Assembly: GCA_006226415.1 (NCBI GenBank)
Contig: SBGZ01000025.1
Location: 13,186-77,185, forward strand
Direction: 5' to 3'
Length of the DNA: 64,000 bases
Source: Alphaproteobacteria bacterium
GTDB taxonomy: Bacteria > Pseudomonadota > Alphaproteobacteria > M2410
Position 1 is the first letter of the stretch. Each line of letters starts with the position of its first letter. Made by a program: the position numbers and the translations under genes. Below are positions 10,628 through 20,847 of this stretch, in pieces. A model generated the notes under the pieces. That model searched no databases. It was not told the origin of the DNA and saw only the letters and a program-made list of their open reading frames with translations.

Positions 10628-11349
10628 GAATTTCATTTCAGCCCTTACCATTCCTGACCCTCACCAGCCTTTTAGTCTTTGGATTGCTGATTTGGCTTGG
10701 CCAGTGGCAGGTGCAAAGACTTCACTGGAAGCTGGATCTCATTGCCGCGACCGAGGAGGCAAAAAGCGCTGAGCCTCACCCCCTTGTGCAGCTTCTTGAG
10801 AAGGGCGAGGTGACGGAATATCGGCGGGTTTCGCTTGAAGGACAATTTGACAATTCTAGAGAGCTTTACCTCTTTACCTCAAAGGGCAGCCTCGGTGTCG
10901 GCTTTCAGGTGATCACCCCCTTTCAGCTGACCGATGGCCGGTGGCTTTTGGTCGATCGCGGCTTTGTGCCCGAGGCACTAAAGGCGCCTACGAGCCGGGC
11001 CGAAGGTCAAATCGAGGGTCGGACCCGCGTGGTCGGTTTGGTGCGCCATAGCATCAAGCCGGGCGTTTTCACGCCAGAGCCTGAGCGCGGCACAGGCGTG
11101 TGGTACAACCGGGATTTCGCGGAAATGGCCAAGAGCCTGGAGCTTTCGCCAACTGTTGACCTGTTTATAGATGCCGATCAGACGCCAAACAAAGGCGGAT
11201 TTCCCCTTGGGGGACAGACCATCGTGGAATTTACCAATAATCATTTTGGTTATGCCCTGACGTGGTTTGGGATGGCCCTGGCGCTGCTGGTCATCTATTT
11301 TGTCTTTCACTATCGTGCCGGAAGGCTGAGATTTGTAACGAAAAGCTAA
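10624..11349 (+). CDS. surf1: SURF1-family cytochrome oxidase biogenesis protein
   Basis: N- and C-terminal TM helices with a SURF1-like periplasmic domain. ATGA overlap with the DUF983 stop. Confidence 0.85.
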   Translation: MRISFQPLPFLTLTSLLVFGLLIWLGQWQVQRLHWKLDLIAATEEAKSAEPHPLVQLLEKGEVTEYRRVSLEGQFDNSRELYLFTSKGSLGVGFQVITPFQLTDGRWLLVDRGFVPEALKAPTSRAEGQIEGRTRVVGLVRHSIKPGVFTPEPERGTGVWYNRDFAEMAKSLELSPTVDLFIDADQTPNKGGFPLGGQTIVEFTNNHFGYALTWFGMALALLVIYFVFHYRAGRLRFVTKS

Positions 11350-11356
11350 GAGTGAC

Positions 11357-12847
11357 ATGAACGCATATCAGGAACTTGAGAAGCAGAACGAACGCGCCGC
11401 AGCGCTTGAAAACGCCATGGGCATATTGGGGTGGGACGAAGCGACCACCATGCGCGAAGGCTCGGCCGCAGGGCGTGCTCAAATGATGGGGCATTTGTCT
11501 GTCCTGGCTCATGAATTCGCCACAGACCCTCAGCGCGGTGACCTCATTTCGGAAGCCGAAGGCATGAACGATCTCGGGGCATGGGAACGTGCCAACGTGC
11601 GGGAAATGCGGCACCACTATTTGCATGCGACAGCTGTGCCTGCTGATCTGGTTCAAAAAATGGTGCATGCCCGTTCAGAGGCGGGCATGACCTGGCGCAC
11701 GGCGCGTGGTGCCAATGACTTCGCGACTCTGGCGCCAAAACTGGAAAACCTGTTCGACCTGACCCGCGAATACGCGGCCGCCAAGGCTTCGGCACTTGGT
11801 AAAAAACCCTATGACGCCCTGCTCGATACTTACGACCCCGGTCGGACGACTGAGCAGGTTGACGAAATTTTCGGCGACCTGGAAGCATTTCTGCCACCTC
11901 TGATTGATGAGGTGATTGCCCATCAGGAAGCGGGCCCCAAGCTCATAGAGCCGGAAGGACCCTTCCCAGCCGAAAATCAAAAGGCGCTCGGCGAAGCCAT
12001 CATGAAATTGATTGGCTTTCCCTTCGAGCGCGGCTTTCTCGATGTCAGTCATCACCCGTTTTCTGGCGGTGCGGACCGGGATGTGCGGATCACAACCCGC
12101 TATGAAGAGAGTGATTTCACCGCGAGTTTGATGGCGGTCATCCACGAGACCGGACATGCGCTTTATCAGGATGGGCTGCCACTTGAATGGCGCCAACAGC
12201 CGGTCGGCGACCATCGCGGTATGACCCTTCATGAAAGCCAGTCGTTGCTACTGGAAATGCAGGCCGCTCGAACCGATGAATTCATCCGGCACATTACGCC
12301 CCTGGTGAAAGACACCCTCAAAGGGGATGGGCCTGCCTGGGAGGCGGATAATCTCATCCGCCTTTACCGCCGTGTGAAGCGCGGCCTCATTCGGGTCTAT
12401 GCGGATGAAGTCACCTATCCGCTGCATGTGATCCTGCGCTATCGGTTGGAAAAAGCGATCCTCGCCAACGAAATCCCGATCAAGGACCTGCCAGGCGAAT
12501 GGAACAAAATGATGGTCAACCTGGTGGGCATAGAGCCGCCAAACGACAAGGACGGCGTCATGCAGGACGTCCATTGGCCGGAAGGCATCTTTGGTTACTT
12601 CCCAACTTATTCCTTGGGGGCTGTCACAGCCGCGCAGCTCTTTAAGGCGGCAACCGACAAAGATCCCGCCATCGTGCCCTCGCTGGGGGAAGGCAATTTC
12701 AAACCGCTCTTTGCCTGGCTTAATGAGCATGTGCGGGGCAAAGCTTGTTTGCTCACGCCGGATGAACTGATCCAGCAGGCAACCGGCAAGCCCCTTGGCA
12801 CGGATGATTTCAAGGCGCACCTGAAACGGCGTTATCTCGGAGCGTAA
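11357..12847 (+). CDS. M32 carboxypeptidase (Taq-type thermostable carboxypeptidase 1 family)
   Basis: 496 aa. HETGHALYQ (HExxH) motif and a global M32 pattern. Confidence 0.9.
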   Translation: MNAYQELEKQNERAAALENAMGILGWDEATTMREGSAAGRAQMMGHLSVLAHEFATDPQRGDLISEAEGMNDLGAWERANVREMRHHYLHATAVPADLVQKMVHARSEAGMTWRTARGANDFATLAPKLENLFDLTREYAAAKASALGKKPYDALLDTYDPGRTTEQVDEIFGDLEAFLPPLIDEVIAHQEAGPKLIEPEGPFPAENQKALGEAIMKLIGFPFERGFLDVSHHPFSGGADRDVRITTRYEESDFTASLMAVIHETGHALYQDGLPLEWRQQPVGDHRGMTLHESQSLLLEMQAARTDEFIRHITPLVKDTLKGDGPAWEADNLIRLYRRVKRGLIRVYADEVTYPLHVILRYRLEKAILANEIPIKDLPGEWNKMMVNLVGIEPPNDKDGVMQDVHWPEGIFGYFPTYSLGAVTAAQLFKAATDKDPAIVPSLGEGNFKPLFAWLNEHVRGKACLLTPDELIQQATGKPLGTDDFKAHLKRRYLGA

Positions 12848-12856
12848 GGATCTGTC

Positions 12857-14242
12857 GTGAAATATCACTCCACACGCGGTGAAGCGCCGGTCTTAGAATT
12901 TGAAGACGTTCTCCTGGCCGGACTGGCCAGAGACGGCGGCCTTTACATGCCGGAGGCCTGGCCTGAAATATCCGCCAATGACATGAGTGCTTTGGCAGGT
13001 GTGCCCTATGCAGACCTTGCAGTGCGTGTCATGTCGCCCTTTGTCGGCAAGGCGCTCAGTGACACCGAGCTTGGGGACATTGCCGGGCGCGCCTATGCCG
13101 CGTTTTCCCATCCTGCCGTGGCGCCAATTAGCCAGATCGGGTCGAATGAATTTCTCCTGGAGCTCTACCATGGTCCGACCTTGGCGTTTAAGGACCTTGC
13201 CATGCAAATGCTGGGCGGGTTTTTCGACCATGTTCTGAAAAAACGGGGCCGCCAGGTCACCATCGTTGGCGCAACCTCGGGCGATACCGGCGGGGCGGCA
13301 ATTGAAGCCTTGCGAGGGCGGTCATCTGTCTCGGTGTTTATCCTTCATCCGCATGGGCGCGTGTCGGATGTGCAGCGCCGAATGATGACAACCGTCCCGG
13401 ACAAGAACGTTCACAACATTGCTCTGGATGGCAACTTCGACGATTGCCAGGCCATTGTTAAAGCGCTCTTTAATGATCACGCGTTCCGCGATCGTACGTC
13501 CCTTGGCGGTGTCAATTCGATCAACTGGTCTCGCGTCATGGCGCAGATCGTCTATTATTTCGCCGCCGGTCTGGTCCTCGGTGCGCCGCACCGTGCGGCG
13601 AGTTACGCAGTCCCCACAGGAAATTTTGGCGACATCCTGGCCGGCTATGCTGCCAAACAGATGGGCCTGCCGGTGGATCGCCTGATCATCGCCACCAACG
13701 TCAACGACATACTAGCGCGCACCCTCGCGACCGGCGAATACAAGGTTGAAGGGGTCACCCCCACCACAAGTCCCTCCATGGACATTCAGGTGTCGTCAAA
13801 TTTTGAACGGCTGATTTTTGAAGCCTGCGGCCGCGAGGCCGGTGAGGTGAGGGGGCTGATGTCGAGCCTCGGTCAGTCGGGAGCGTTTACCTTGAAAGAG
13901 CCTGTCCTGGCTAACATCCGAAAAGATTTTGATGCGGCGCGGGCCGACGAAGCGGAGGTCGCCCGGACCATGCGCGAGACCTATGAGGCAAGCGGACATC
14001 TGATTGATCCTCATACCGCGGTGGGGCTTGCCGCTGGCCGCAAGGTGGCCAACGGCGCATCGCCCCTCGTGACACTTTCGACGGCCCATGTTGCCAAATT
14101 CCCGGACGCGGTCAAAGAAGCAACCGGGGTCACACCTGCACTACCATCCCATTTGGAGGGGCTGATGCACCGCGACGAGCGCATGAGTATTCTGCCCAAT
14201 GACTTGGGTGCTGTGCGCAGCTACATTGAGGAACACCTTTAA
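12857..14242 (+). CDS. thrC: threonine synthase
   Basis: MKYHSTRGEAPVLEFEDVLLAGLARDGGLYMPE N-terminus plus a PLP fold. GTG start with an AAGGA RBS. Confidence 0.95.
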   Translation: MKYHSTRGEAPVLEFEDVLLAGLARDGGLYMPEAWPEISANDMSALAGVPYADLAVRVMSPFVGKALSDTELGDIAGRAYAAFSHPAVAPISQIGSNEFLLELYHGPTLAFKDLAMQMLGGFFDHVLKKRGRQVTIVGATSGDTGGAAIEALRGRSSVSVFILHPHGRVSDVQRRMMTTVPDKNVHNIALDGNFDDCQAIVKALFNDHAFRDRTSLGGVNSINWSRVMAQIVYYFAAGLVLGAPHRAASYAVPTGNFGDILAGYAAKQMGLPVDRLIIATNVNDILARTLATGEYKVEGVTPTTSPSMDIQVSSNFERLIFEACGREAGEVRGLMSSLGQSGAFTLKEPVLANIRKDFDAARADEAEVARTMRETYEASGHLIDPHTAVGLAAGRKVANGASPLVTLSTAHVAKFPDAVKEATGVTPALPSHLEGLMHRDERMSILPNDLGAVRSYIEEHL

Positions 14243-14245
14243 GAA

Positions 14246-15517
14246 ATGGCAGTGCGCGTAACAAGGCTCGCCAATGGATTGACCGTTGCCACCGATGCGA
14301 TGCCCGGTTTGCAGACGGCCGCTCTCGGTGTTTGGGTGCAAGCAGGCGCCAGATGCGAAGAATTACATCATCTAGGCGTATCGCATTTTCTGGAGCACAT
14401 GGCTTTTAAGGGCACAAGCTCCAGATCGGCGCGCGAGGTTGTCGAATGCATCGAAAACGTTGGCGGCTATCTGAATGCTTATACAAGTCGTGAGCAGACC
14501 GCCTACTACGCCCGCGTTTTAAAAGATGATATTCCGCTCGCCGTGGATGTGCTTTCCGACATCTTGCAAAATGCCACCCTCGAAGAGAATGAGATTGAGC
14601 GCGAGCGCTCCGTCATCACGCAGGAAATAGGTCAATGCATCGATAGCCCTGAGGAATATGTCTTTGACGCGCTTCAAGAAGCGGCCTTTCCCGATCAGCC
14701 CATGGGGCGGCCCATCCTCGGCACCGTGGAAACCGTCTCCAATATGACGCGGTCTCACCTGACCGATTACATTGCCAATCACTATGGTCCATCGACCATG
14801 TACTTGGTGGCATCGGGTGCCGTCGACCACGAAACCATTTGCGAATGGGCAGAAAAATCCTTTTCAGGTCTCTCTGACGTGCGCAGCGGAACAAATCCGC
14901 TACCAGGGCAATGGCAAGGGCAATCCTTTCTGGAGAACCGAAATCTGGAGCAGGCACATCTTTCCATCGGCTTGCCTGGCGTATCTGTCCATGATCCGGA
15001 TTTTTTTACGGCTCAAATCTTTTCTGAAATTCTGGGGGGCTCCATGTCCTCGCGTCTTTTCCAGGAAGTGCGCGAGAAACGGGGCCTGTGTTATTCCATC
15101 TATTCTTACAATACCTCCTACGAGGATTGCGGCCTCTTCAGCCTCTATGCGGGCACCGGCGGCGAAAGCCTGGAAGAAATTGTGCCGGTGATGGTCGGGG
15201 AACTTGAGGGCATGGCAATCGAAATCCACCCGGAAGAGGTGCAGCGTGCTCGCGCCCAGGCCAAGGCTGGCATTCTGATGGGGCTTGAAAATCCGCAGTC
15301 ACGCTGCGAATGGATGGCCAAGCATTTACCACGTTTTGGTCGTGTCCAATCCGCGGAGGAAATGGTGGCGCAAATAGAGGCGGTTGACGTGGCGAATCTT
15401 AAGGCTTTTGCAACGCGTCTTATGGAAACTAACGCCCCGGCGCTCGCGGCGATTGGACCCATTGAAAGACTTGAATCCTACGACCAATTCGCGGCAAGGT
15501 TCAAACCGGCGCATTAG
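14246..15517 (+). CDS. M16-family zinc peptidase (pitrilysin-like)
   Basis: HFLEHMAFKGT inverted zincin motif (HxxEH). Confidence 0.9.
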   Translation: MAVRVTRLANGLTVATDAMPGLQTAALGVWVQAGARCEELHHLGVSHFLEHMAFKGTSSRSAREVVECIENVGGYLNAYTSREQTAYYARVLKDDIPLAVDVLSDILQNATLEENEIERERSVITQEIGQCIDSPEEYVFDALQEAAFPDQPMGRPILGTVETVSNMTRSHLTDYIANHYGPSTMYLVASGAVDHETICEWAEKSFSGLSDVRSGTNPLPGQWQGQSFLENRNLEQAHLSIGLPGVSVHDPDFFTAQIFSEILGGSMSSRLFQEVREKRGLCYSIYSYNTSYEDCGLFSLYAGTGGESLEEIVPVMVGELEGMAIEIHPEEVQRARAQAKAGILMGLENPQSRCEWMAKHLPRFGRVQSAEEMVAQIEAVDVANLKAFATRLMETNAPALAAIGPIERLESYDQFAARFKPAH

Positions 15518-15550
15518 GATAACGCCGTCAGACAAATCACCAGGGCAGAT

Positions 15551-16156
15551 ATGTCAAAGTTGAGACCGTTCACATCGATTGAGCCAGAACACCGCATTGA
15601 AGGCGAGGGCGTCTATTTGCGTTATCCTGCGATGTCAGATTACGTCAGCTGGGCGGCTCTGCGCCATGAAAGTCATGATTTTCTGCAGCCCTGGGAGCCC
15701 ACTTGGCCTGTCGACGATCTGACCCGGCCGTCTTACCGTCGACGGTTGCGCCGCTATGCCAAGGACATTAAGGAAGATCTTGGCTATCCATTTTTCATAT
15801 TTCGTAACCGCGACGATGCGCTGCTGGGGGGGTGCAATGTCTCCAATGTCCGGCGCGGAATATCTCAGGCCTGCTCGTTGGGCTATTGGATGGGCAAGCC
15901 CTACGCGGGATCAGGGTTGATGACGGCCGCCGTTCGTGCGCTGGTGCCCTATATCTTAAACGACTTGAGGCTGCACCGCATCGAAGCGGCGTGTTTGCCC
16001 AGCAATGAACCTTCCAAACGGCTTCTAACCCGAGTTGGCTTTAGCCAGGAAGGTCAGGCGCGGCGCTATCTCAAAATCAATGGCGAGTGGCGAGATCATG
16101 TGCTCTTTGCCATTCTCTCCGATGACATCTCAAAAGCCGAGGAGGGTCGGGTTTGA
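15551..16156 (+). CDS. GNAT N-acetyltransferase (RimJ/RimL-like)
   Basis: GNAT fold; motif A region GYWMGKPYAGSGLMTAAVRALVPY. Confidence 0.8.
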   Translation: MSKLRPFTSIEPEHRIEGEGVYLRYPAMSDYVSWAALRHESHDFLQPWEPTWPVDDLTRPSYRRRLRRYAKDIKEDLGYPFFIFRNRDDALLGGCNVSNVRRGISQACSLGYWMGKPYAGSGLMTAAVRALVPYILNDLRLHRIEAACLPSNEPSKRLLTRVGFSQEGQARRYLKINGEWRDHVLFAILSDDISKAEEGRV

Positions 16157-19077
16157 GGCGTTTGACCCTTGCAGCGCTCTCTTGGCTTTTCTGCCTGACC
16201 AACCTCTGCGTCACGGCGGCTGCCGCTCCGGCTGAAGTGACCCTATCCGGCCCGCAGACCGCTATTGATCTAACATCGGTCCTGACCGAGCGTCAGGTCG
16301 TAGACAACGAAACGGAAGTCTCTGCTCTCTTAAACAGTTATCCGGAAGGGACCGCATATTATGTGGACCTTTATAATGATACCGATACGCAGGCCAATCG
16401 GCTGCTCATATTCAGTTTCCCGCTTCTCATGAAATCCAGCCTGCTGGGACCGTCACTGCAGCGACCCCATGTTGCCGATATTCTGGTGCTGTCCGGCGAG
16501 GCCTCGGTTGAAGTTTTGCCCACTGGCATGGGCGACGTCTATGGCGCCGCCTCCATCCGCATTCCGCCGGGCGAAACGGTTCGCATCGGATTTTCGCATG
16601 AAGGTTCAATTGACGGCACCGGCATCTATCTTTGGCAGCCAGCTTCATTCAGCGAATTCTCCGCATACCGCATTTGGTCAAATGGCATATTCCTGGGCAT
16701 TATATCCCTGTTGGTCGCCTTTGGGCTTGGTGTTGCCTTGGTCAGTTGGGCCTCTCGCGAAGGCCATCAGCTGGCGCTTCTGGTCACGGCCTGGGTCCTG
16801 GAATACGCCACGCTGAACGCGGCTGTTGAAGGGTATTGGCGGGCGATTGCATTGAGCCTTTTTGCCCTGGCCGCCTTGTCATATCTCTTGGCCCATGTAG
16901 ACAAAGCGCGCGGTCTCCTGGCGAGCGCCCGCGTCTTGGGGGCTGTGCGCATTTTGTTGCTCGTGCCTTTCGTGATGGCCCTTTTCCAAATGCAAAGCGC
17001 AATGGGGCTCATCCGCTTGGAAGTGCTCCTTCTCGGGCTTGTCCTTGGTGCCTTGGTCATGTTGCCATCCTCGCCGCTCGGATCTGTGCGCGGGTCCGTG
17101 CGGTTTGGTTTGCAGTCCCTCTTTGTAACCGGGGTTTTGATTACCGTCCTGCCGCTCTTTGATTGGCGATCAGGCGCACTGGTCATCGAACCGCTTTTGC
17201 ATGGGCTCTTCCTGGTGTCGCTTTGCTTGATGGTGTTCCCCTCTATTCTCGGGCTGCGCCGTCTGGAGCCATCGAGTTTTGCACCGCCGTCACCAGAACC
17301 GGCCCCGCGTTCCAATATTGCCCCGCCGCCGCCCCTCGGCGCTTCGACGGACCCGCTGTTGCGCACAGAGGACCGTTATGCCCTGGGCATTGCCGCCTCC
17401 CATCAAGGCCTGTGGGATTGGAGCATTGACGGCGACCGGCTTTATCTGTCGCCCTCCATTGATGGCATGCTCGGCATGGCCGCCGGAGAAATGGATCGGT
17501 CCGAACTTGGCTGGGCCAAGCGTGTTCACCCCGAAGATCTCGATCGCTATCGCAATGCGCTGCGCTCCTATATCGAGCGGGGCAATATTAGCTTTAGCCT
17601 TGAGTTTCGCATGCGCCATGAAGATGGCTCCTTTCCATGGATGCAATTGCGCGCAACATGTATGCCGGGGCCCGATGGTTTGGCCGAGCGGATTGTTGGG
17701 ATCGTTTCCGATATTACGCCCACACGTATGCTGCAGGAGCGGCTGGCACACAACGCCTCCCGCGACACGCTGACCGAGCTCCCCAATCGGCACATTTTGA
17801 TGGATGAAATCAAAGCAGCAATTGAATCGGCGAGCTCCAATCACCTCCCGGCGCTCCTCATTATTGATCTTGACCGGTTCAAGACCGTCAACGATGGATT
17901 AGGTCACGCGATGGGGGACTTACTTTTGCAAATCCTGGCGCGGCGTCTTTCCGGGGCTTTGGGAGACCAGGATTTTGTCGCCCGCATTGGGAGCGACGAA
18001 TTTGGCGTCCTGTTGGCACATGGCACGGCCGATGCGCCGGGGCGGGGCGGCGCTTCGATGATGGGCCCGCGCGCCGAGGAAGTTGCCGACCAACTTCTTG
18101 ATCTGCTGGCGCAGCCTGTGGATCTTGATGAAGCGGAAATTTTCCCCAATGCCAGCATAGGTGTGGCCTATGTTCATCAGGCACATGAGCGTCCCGAGCA
18201 ATTGCTGCGCGAGGCCGAGCTCGCCATGTTCCGCGCCAAGCGTGCGGGCGGTGGCCGCTTTGTCGTCTATCAGGAGCATATGGGTCGATCAGGCAGCAAG
18301 GCACTTTCATTGGAAACGGACCTGCGGCGTGCCTTGTCGCGCAAGCAGATCGAAATTCATTATCAGCCGATCATGAATTTAAAGGACGGCAGCATCGCCG
18401 GCTTTGAAGCGCTCATGCGGTGGCGACATCCGAACAAGGGGCTGTTGGTGCCGGATGAGTTTGTTGCCATCGCGGAAGAGACCGACATGATCGTGCCTCT
18501 TGGAAGATTTGCACTTTCCATGGCGAGCCTTCAGCTCGCTGAATGGCAAAAGCAATATAAGAGAGCAAAAGGCCTGTTTGTCTCTGTCAATGTTTCAGCG
18601 CGCCAATTGATGCGCGAAGATTTTTCCGAAGATGTCGCCGACGTCATGCACCATGCGGATCTGGCGGAAGGCACCTTGAAGCTCGAGGTCACGGAAAGCC
18701 TCATTATGCAGGACCCGGACATGGCGGAAGAACAGCTGAGCCGGGCACGTGAAATGGGCGCCGGGGTTTCACTAGATGATTTTGGGACAGGCTTTGCCTC
18801 ACTGACCAATCTGCAGCGTTTTCCCTTTGACACCATCAAGATCGATCGCGGCTTCATAACGACCATGGAAAGCCGGCCAGACTCTCCGGTTATTGTGAAC
18901 TCGATTGTCTCCCTGGCTAAAGATCTTTCCTTGATCGTCATTGCGGAAGGGTTGGAAACAGAAGACAGCGCGCTTTATTTGCGGCAGCTTGGGTGTGAAT
19001 ACGGCCAGGGTTATGTCTTTGGTGCTCCCATGACCGCAAACGAGGCAGAGACTTTCATGGAACATCATTTGGGTTGA
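16153..19077 (+). CDS. membrane sensor 7TMR-DISM-PAS-GGDEF(degenerate GSDEF)-EAL, a c-di-GMP phosphodiesterase-type signalling protein
   Basis: TTG start overlapping the GNAT stop (TTGA). Signal peptide, extracytoplasmic domain and ~7 TM helices. PAS (WDWSIDGDRLYLSPS...). GGDEF domain with RIGSDEFGVLL. EAL domain with EALMRW, DDFGTGFASL and IKIDRGF. Confidence 0.9.
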   Translation: MRRLTLAALSWLFCLTNLCVTAAAAPAEVTLSGPQTAIDLTSVLTERQVVDNETEVSALLNSYPEGTAYYVDLYNDTDTQANRLLIFSFPLLMKSSLLGPSLQRPHVADILVLSGEASVEVLPTGMGDVYGAASIRIPPGETVRIGFSHEGSIDGTGIYLWQPASFSEFSAYRIWSNGIFLGIISLLVAFGLGVALVSWASREGHQLALLVTAWVLEYATLNAAVEGYWRAIALSLFALAALSYLLAHVDKARGLLASARVLGAVRILLLVPFVMALFQMQSAMGLIRLEVLLLGLVLGALVMLPSSPLGSVRGSVRFGLQSLFVTGVLITVLPLFDWRSGALVIEPLLHGLFLVSLCLMVFPSILGLRRLEPSSFAPPSPEPAPRSNIAPPPPLGASTDPLLRTEDRYALGIAASHQGLWDWSIDGDRLYLSPSIDGMLGMAAGEMDRSELGWAKRVHPEDLDRYRNALRSYIERGNISFSLEFRMRHEDGSFPWMQLRATCMPGPDGLAERIVGIVSDITPTRMLQERLAHNASRDTLTELPNRHILMDEIKAAIESASSNHLPALLIIDLDRFKTVNDGLGHAMGDLLLQILARRLSGALGDQDFVARIGSDEFGVLLAHGTADAPGRGGASMMGPRAEEVADQLLDLLAQPVDLDEAEIFPNASIGVAYVHQAHERPEQLLREAELAMFRAKRAGGGRFVVYQEHMGRSGSKALSLETDLRRALSRKQIEIHYQPIMNLKDGSIAGFEALMRWRHPNKGLLVPDEFVAIAEETDMIVPLGRFALSMASLQLAEWQKQYKRAKGLFVSVNVSARQLMREDFSEDVADVMHHADLAEGTLKLEVTESLIMQDPDMAEEQLSRAREMGAGVSLDDFGTGFASLTNLQRFPFDTIKIDRGFITTMESRPDSPVIVNSIVSLAKDLSLIVIAEGLETEDSALYLRQLGCEYGQGYVFGAPMTANEAETFMEHHLG

Positions 19078-19085
19078 TTGGATTG

Positions 19086-19787
19086 TCAGGCGTGACCTGC
19101 GTCAGAAGACAGTTGCGAGACATCAATACCCAGAAGGCCGATCGCTCGCTGCCACTTGCTGTCGTAGTCTTCGTCAAAAATTAGGGCATCACTTGCTGGA
19201 CAATGCAGCCAGCCATTGGCTTGAATTTCTTCTTCCAGCTGGCCCGGTCCCCAGCCGGAATATCCAATCGCCAGGAGTGACCGCTTGGGCACTTCTCCGG
19301 TGGCGATGGCAGACAAAATATCCAGCGTTGCGGTCAGCCCAATGGTGTCTGAAGTTTTGAGAGTGGCGTCTTCGCGGCAGTAGTCGGTGGAATGCAGCAC
19401 AAACCCACGTTCCGTTTCGACGGGTCCGCCGATAAGGACCTGCTTTTCCTTTGGGATATGCAGCGAGGGAATTTCCAGCTGCTCCAATAAATCTTTCAGG
19501 AAAACGGATCCCGTGGGGCGATTAACGACCAACCCAACAGCCCCGTGCTCGGAATGGGCGCAAATATAGATCACCGTTTGCTCGAAATTGGGGTCAAACA
19601 TGGAAGGCATCGCGATCAAGAGATGGCCCGCGAGTGATGCGTGGTTCTCTTCATCGCCTGTCGTGGCGGACTTGAAATCCGTGTAACTCAATCCTTTGGG
19701 CATGGCCGTTTCATTCTGAATCGCGATCTTTTCCCAGCCTAACGCATAATCTTCTGCCGAGAAAGGTGGTCTCGAGTAGCGGATCAT
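19086..19787 (-). CDS. yqgE: YqgE/AlgH family protein (UPF0301)
   Basis: GHLLIAMPSMFDPNFEQTVIYICAHSEHGAVGLVVNRP is the family signature. The true start may be the internal MPKGL (19703). Confidence 0.8.
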   Translation of the reverse strand: MIRYSRPPFSAEDYALGWEKIAIQNETAMPKGLSYTDFKSATTGDEENHASLAGHLLIAMPSMFDPNFEQTVIYICAHSEHGAVGLVVNRPTGSVFLKDLLEQLEIPSLHIPKEKQVLIGGPVETERGFVLHSTDYCREDATLKTSDTIGLTATLDILSAIATGEVPKRSLLAIGYSGWGPGQLEEEIQANGWLHCPASDALIFDEDYDSKWQRAIGLLGIDVSQLSSDAGHA

Positions 19788-19905
19788 AACCGCAAGAAAC
19801 CTAAGGGTTTAGGGCGCGCAAAGCCGACAAAATGTGAGCAATTAGCGTTCTCAATCGCAAAGGAAGGGTGTAGAAAGATGCGACAAGACCTAAGGGAGAA
19901 ACGAT

Positions 19906-20388
19906 ATGACCATCAAACCGAGTGATACGCTGCCGGACGTTGAATTGCGCATCATAGGCGAAAAGGGTCCAGAAAAGAAATCCGTAAAAGAACTCTTTGG
20001 CGGCAAACGCGTGGCGCTCTTTGCCGTGCCCGGCGCCTTTACGGCCACCTGTTCCAACAAACATGCACCTTCCTATATTTCTCATGCCGATGAGCTGAAA
20101 GCCAAGGGCATTGATGCGATTTACTGCACCTCGACGACAGACATTTTTGTCCTCGAAGCCTGGGCGACATCAATGGGCGCTGGTGACAAGATCACTATGA
20201 TTGCCGATGGCAATTTCGAATTTGCGCGCGGCCTCGGGTTGACCTTTGATGGTTCCGCCTTCGGAATGGGCGAGCGTTCGCAGCGTTATTCCATGATCGT
20301 CAGTGACGGTGTGGTCGAGCAGCTCTTCACCGAAAAGCCCGGCACCTACGAGCTATCGAGTGCTGAGCATATGCTGCAAAATCTCTAA
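19906..20388 (+). CDS. peroxiredoxin, Prx5-type (atypical 2-Cys)
   Basis: FAVPGAFTATCS peroxidatic-Cys motif, 160 aa. RBS GGGAGA. Confidence 0.85.
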   Translation: MTIKPSDTLPDVELRIIGEKGPEKKSVKELFGGKRVALFAVPGAFTATCSNKHAPSYISHADELKAKGIDAIYCTSTTDIFVLEAWATSMGAGDKITMIADGNFEFARGLGLTFDGSAFGMGERSQRYSMIVSDGVVEQLFTEKPGTYELSSAEHMLQNL

Positions 20389-20403
20389 AAAAGTAGGGCG
20401 AGG

Positions 20404-20847
20404 TCAGTCAGCGCGCCTGATCTCGTCAATCCCGCGCCGCGCCAGTTCGTCGGCGCGTTCATTTTCCGGGTGGCCGGTGTGCCCGCGTACCCACTCCCAG
20501 GTGACCTCATGGCGCGCGGCGGCCTCTTCGAGCCTCTGCCAGAGTTCGACATTTTTGACCGGTTTTTTATTGGCAGTTTTCCAGCCATTGCGTTTCCAGC
20601 CCGTCATCCATTTTTGGATGCCATCCATCACATATTTTGAATCCGTCACCAGATGCACCTTGCAGGGGCGCTTAAGGCTCTCAAGGCCCATGATCGCGGC
20701 CATCAGCTCCATACGGTTGTTGGTGGTTTCAGCGTCACCGCCATAAAGCTCTTTTTCCTGACCCTTATAGCGCAGCACGGCGCCCCAGCCCCCGGGTCCG
20801 GGATTGCCGGAGCAGGCGCCATCGGTAAACATCTCGACCCGGTTCAT
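20404..20847 (-). CDS. rnhA: ribonuclease HI
   Basis: [25 protein letters not shown]...[10 protein letters not shown]...[14 protein letters not shown]. The longer ORF reaching 20958 is upstream read-through; ATGA overlap with thrB. Confidence 0.9.
   Translation of the reverse strand: MNRVEMFTDGACSGNPGPGGWGAVLRYKGQEKELYGGDAETTNNRMELMAAIMGLESLKRPCKVHLVTDSKYVMDGIQKWMTGWKRNGWKTANKKPVKNVELWQRLEEAAARHEVTWEWVRGHTGHPENERADELARRGIDEIRRAD

Noticed and set aside
11291-13591. Antisense or overlapping ORFs across the M32 carboxypeptidase and thrC (for example 11675-12232, 12248-12868, 12893-13231)
   Set aside because: Shadow ORFs of well-supported plus-strand genes.
16427-18941. Multiple ORFs on both strands within the GGDEF-EAL gene (16767-17366, 17290-17844, 17888-18310, 18531-18941 and others)
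   Set aside because: The 974-aa plus-strand frame carries complete PAS, GGDEF and EAL domains; the others are compositional artefacts.
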